UHGV virus genome: UHGV-0057520
DNA: 30,871 nt
Source: a virus
Reading direction: 5' to 3' (one strand)
The translations under genes and the position numbers were made by a program. Below the pieces are notes generated by a model. It was given only the letters and a program-made list of their open reading frames with translations, searched no databases and had not been told where the DNA came from. This document shows positions 27,787-30,871 of this stretch, one piece after another; positions within the stretch are counted from its first letter, which is position 1, and every line of letters begins with the position of its first letter.

Positions 27787-28023
27787 GTACAAATCCTTCA
27801 GCGTATCAAACACCATCTTCTTAACAAGCTCTGACTGCTCATCAGCGATGCGTTCCGCATCGTCTCGATAGCCTGAAATTTTGGATGGCTTTGATACAGC
27901 ATCAGTCACTATCTGAACTAATTCTGAATTAAGAGAGCGGCCATTGGATTTGGCTCGCTGTTTTAGTTTTTCCTTTAATTCGTAAGGTAGCCGCAGATTA
28001 AATTGCGGGTCATCTCTTCCCAT
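27772..28023 (-). CDS. mnt: Mnt repressor (ribbon-helix-helix, P22 immI-type)
   Basis: 83 aa; NGRS.NSEL.QIV.DA.SKPS...GYR.DAER.ADEQSELVKKMVFDTLKDLYKK is near-identical to P22 Mnt as recalled. Confidence 0.85.
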   Translation of the reverse strand: MGRDDPQFNLRLPYELKEKLKQRAKSNGRSLNSELVQIVTDAVSKPSKISGYRDDAERIADEQSELVKKMVFDTLKDLYKKPT

Positions 28024-28087
28024 TCTTGATGCCTCGCTTTTGTGAGTGGATCGGCATCTTATTATCTGCTGATTGCATCCTCAATAA

Positions 28088-28100
28088 GACCACGGTGGTC
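28088..28100. promoter_or_regulatory. Mnt operator-like palindrome (O_mnt), likely overlapping a rightward promoter
   Basis: GACCACGGTGGTC is a perfect 13-bp palindrome sharing the CCACGGTGG core of the P22 mnt operator as recalled; lies between mnt and the tailspike start. Confidence 0.55.
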
Positions 28101-28170
28101 GTATTTTTTTGATTAATAATGCATCACTGCGGCAATGCTGCGGCGATTCCTTGTATCTGGAGCAAATTAA

Positions 28171-30162
28171 ATGACAGACATTACAGCCAATGTTGTAGTG
28201 AGCATGCCTTCGCAACTCTTCACTATGGCGCGTTCTTTTAAAGCCGTAGCTAATGGCAAAATTTATATCGGTAAAATTGACACTGACCCGGTAAATCCTG
28301 ATAACCAGATTCAGGTCTATGTTGAGAACGAAGATGGTTCTCACGTTCCTGTTGCACAGCCAATCGTCATCAATGCCGCTGGGTATCCAGTATATAACGG
28401 ACAGATTGCCAAATTCGTAACTGTGCAAGGCCATTCTATGGCTGTTTATGATGCATGTGGTGCGCAGCAGTTCTATTTTCCAAATGTGCTGAAGTATGAC
28501 CCGGATCAGTTAAGGCAGGAGTTAGCAAGTTCAGGTGATGATCTTGGAGATGCATTAATAGCAGTAAAACAACCATTCACCTTGTCAATAAGAAGGACGC
28601 AGCATCAAAAAAATGCCGAGCACATTAGTGTTAGTGATTTTGGTGCAAAAGGAGACGGCATAACAGATGATACTGTAGCAATTCAAAATGCTATTAATGC
28701 AGTACCAGAAGGGGCTATACTTGGATTTTATGGTGGTGAATTTGTTTTTGATAAGGTTGAATTGCTTAAGCCAATAACATTGGTTGGTGATGCAACGTTA
28801 ATTCACAACGGATTTAGAATAAAATCTAGCAGAATACGATCACTTTTATCTGGTGTTCAGAAATGCAAGGATTACTCCGAGTCTTCAAGAGCATTTTATT
28901 GCTATGCAAATGAAGACCAAAGAGATTATGACGATATTCAGATTTTGTTTAATAGATTTGAAGGTTTCTTTTACTCTACGACATTTGTTGCAAAAAACTA
29001 TTATTTGGAGAATGACCCTAATTCAAGAACTGTCAAAAATACAAAAGTAATAGGATGTACATCAGTTGCTCCTGATTCTGTAAATGCCGGTCATTTTCAA
29101 CATATAGGCGTTACAAATGCTGAAACATCACATAACTCAACTTATGGCGGACAAAATGCAACATCATACAACTTCATTAACCAGAATGGATTTGTAAGGA
29201 TTATAGGAAATTATGACCATAACAATAACTATGGTTCATGTGAGCTTGAGAACTCAATGGTGAGTAACTCAGTCATATCATGTAATACGTTTTCGTCATA
29301 TTTATGGGTGGATGATACAAGCAATGTTACTATTTCTGGAAATACAGTTTCATCAAGGATCAAAGTAACATCGCAAACTGACGATGTTCATAATATAACC
29401 ATATCAGCAAATACCACAAAACGGATTACTATAGAGCAATTTGGAGAATCTCCGACAGGTCTGGTATATGGTGCATTAATTTCCTGTAACACTATTACTG
29501 GCGACAGTGATGGAAGTTCAGACATTTTATGTACGTCACTTGTTACAGGTGAAATTTCATCAAATTATTGTCATGGATCAGAAAAAAATATATCAATTGT
29601 CCGCCTGGATTCTTCTGATATAACTGTTAGAAACAATAAAGGAAACAAAGGATTACTTACAATAAGTAACGATGGTGGGAGGATAATTGAATATGGCAAT
29701 GATTCTATGGTTCTGTCTGGAAGCATAGATAGCAGACATATACATAATTTATTACAACCAGACACATCGTATTTAGATCTACCGGGGAAATATCTGCACG
29801 GAACTAAATATACTGGCAGTATCCCCCCCGGTTCCACAGGAACTGTATCACTTCAAATACCATCAGGGGCAAGCCTTGTTTTCAGGGGTGTTTCTATATG
29901 GGTTCTAATTAGAGATGTTAGCAATAACAATATATCGTCATTCAGAATTGATGGTTCATATAGAGTTGTTGGTGGAAGTGTTGGTCTTAGTTTTGCTGAT
30001 GCTTATTCGAAACTCGGGGTGGATGCAAACTCTATAACAGTGTCAAACAATAACAGCACTTCTGACAATATCAGCATAGCAATTAAAAACACAGATTCAT
30101 CAAAAACCCTTCAGGTTACTGTTATGCCGGAGGTTTCAAGCAGGTTAGGTATTGAGGAATAG
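28171..30162 (+). CDS. tailspike: P22-type head-binding N-terminal domain fused to a different, AT-rich receptor-binding domain
   Basis: 663 aa; first ~110 residues ([11 protein letters not shown]...[20 protein letters not shown]...VLKYDPDQ) match P22 gp9; the rest carries beta-helix/pectate-lyase-like signatures ([18 protein letters not shown]) and is Asn/Ser-rich. Confidence 0.85.
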   Translation: MTDITANVVVSMPSQLFTMARSFKAVANGKIYIGKIDTDPVNPDNQIQVYVENEDGSHVPVAQPIVINAAGYPVYNGQIAKFVTVQGHSMAVYDACGAQQFYFPNVLKYDPDQLRQELASSGDDLGDALIAVKQPFTLSIRRTQHQKNAEHISVSDFGAKGDGITDDTVAIQNAINAVPEGAILGFYGGEFVFDKVELLKPITLVGDATLIHNGFRIKSSRIRSLLSGVQKCKDYSESSRAFYCYANEDQRDYDDIQILFNRFEGFFYSTTFVAKNYYLENDPNSRTVKNTKVIGCTSVAPDSVNAGHFQHIGVTNAETSHNSTYGGQNATSYNFINQNGFVRIIGNYDHNNNYGSCELENSMVSNSVISCNTFSSYLWVDDTSNVTISGNTVSSRIKVTSQTDDVHNITISANTTKRITIEQFGESPTGLVYGALISCNTITGDSDGSSDILCTSLVTGEISSNYCHGSEKNISIVRLDSSDITVRNNKGNKGLLTISNDGGRIIEYGNDSMVLSGSIDSRHIHNLLQPDTSYLDLPGKYLHGTKYTGSIPPGSTGTVSLQIPSGASLVFRGVSIWVLIRDVSNNNISSFRIDGSYRVVGGSVGLSFADAYSKLGVDANSITVSNNNSTSDNISIAIKNTDSSKTLQVTVMPEVSSRLGIEE

Positions 30163-30190
30163 CATCATATATAATTATTTTAATGTTAAT

Positions 30191-30217
30191 GCCGCCTTCT
30201 TGTTGGCGGCTTATTTG
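30191..30217 (+). terminator. rho-independent terminator after the tailspike
   Basis: GCCGCC-TTCTTGTT-GGCGGC hairpin followed by TTATTTGT. Confidence 0.6.
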
Positions 30218-30238
30218 TGAAAATCGAATGAGTTATTT

Positions 30239-30541
30239 ATGATGAATATAGAAGTTGATATAACACCAATTCTTCACGCACTTTGCGCTGTTGTCGCACA
30301 AGTTCTGGTTGGTCTTTTTACCGGAAACTGGGCTTACGGTGCGATAGCCGGTTGTACGTTCTTCATTGCGCGTGAACACACCCAGGCAGAATATCGCTGG
30401 ATTGAAATGTTCGGGCATGGCAAGCGTATGAATATGCCGTGGTGGGGTGGTTTTGATCCACGCGTGTGGGATGTAGGAAGCCTTATGGATTTTTCTTTCC
30501 CAATTATCGGATGCTTATTGGTATGGATTCTTGCATCGTAG
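30239..30541 (+). CDS. small membrane protein, 100 aa, downstream of the tailspike
   Basis: Two hydrophobic helices flank a Trp/His-rich loop (EYRWIEMFGHGKRMNMPWWGGFDPRVWD); no family recognised. Confidence 0.45.
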   Translation: MMNIEVDITPILHALCAVVAQVLVGLFTGNWAYGAIAGCTFFIAREHTQAEYRWIEMFGHGKRMNMPWWGGFDPRVWDVGSLMDFSFPIIGCLLVWILAS

Positions 30542-30871
30542 CGAACACATAATTACCGATGAAACAAAACTGAGACACACAAAGCTTTGCACTGGATTGC
30601 AAGGCTTTGTGATCTTCGATAGTGGTTAAGGTGGATCACTCCACCTTTTCATCAAGCCAATCCGCCCACCACTGCATCATTTCTCTGCGCTTAACGTAGT
30701 TGATGCATCACTATCACCCTGTAATGGCTTATTACTGGTTTGCAGACAGGTAGGCATGAACATATGCCTGCGCATGAAGATGGAACTAGTCCGGATGCGA
30801 TATTTTTGGTGATCACGTACATCATCAACGAAGTGCGTTATGGTGAGTTTGATGACTACCCGCTGAAGTGA

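Noticed and set aside
28081-28434. Minus-strand 117-aa ORF overlapping the tailspike 5' end
   Set aside because: Antisense to the conserved head-binding domain coding region of the tailspike and overlapping the operator and promoter region.
1-30871. CRISPR array, integrase or attachment site
   Set aside because: No regularly spaced direct repeats were seen; no tyrosine or serine recombinase-like ORF lies in the window, so the integration module is outside it.
30700-30871. Short plus-strand ORF running to the window end
   Set aside because: Only about 30 codons are visible before a stop at the window edge and there is no clear ribosome-binding site; too little sequence to call.

Overview
This window is about 31 kb of a mosaic lambdoid, P22-like temperate phage or prophage from an enterobacterium (E. 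coli/Shigella/Salmonella type). All protein and family assignments rest on reading the supplied translations against remembered sequences and on gene order; no database search was run. Left to right: the leftward pL operon end (AT-rich accessory gene, small ORF, N antiterminator), nutL and oL, cI with a tightly coupled downstream membrane protein, oR, cro, nutR, cII, a P22-type replication module (O-like initiator with internal ori iterons, DnaB-like helicase), a nin-like region (NinB, small Nin-like ORFs, an AT-rich HNH endonuclease gene, YbcO-like, RusA, NinH-like), Q, the pR' late promoter, two tandem tRNA-like genes, a lambda-type lysis cassette (S, R, Rz/Rz1), Rha, terminase small/large, portal, scaffold, coat, P22-type tail and ejection genes (gp4, gp10, gp26, gp14, gp7, gp20, gp16), an accessory island partly on the opposite strand (lipoprotein, HExxH protein, small ORF, Mnt with its operator palindrome but no arc/ant), a chimeric tailspike and a small membrane protein. 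No integrase, attachment site, CRISPR array or toxin gene is visible. The best candidates for uncharacterised biology are the cI-linked membrane protein, the lipoprotein/HExxH/Mnt island before the tailspike, and the AT-rich gene at the window start; an in-frame 36-bp tandem duplication inside the coat gene is also unusual.
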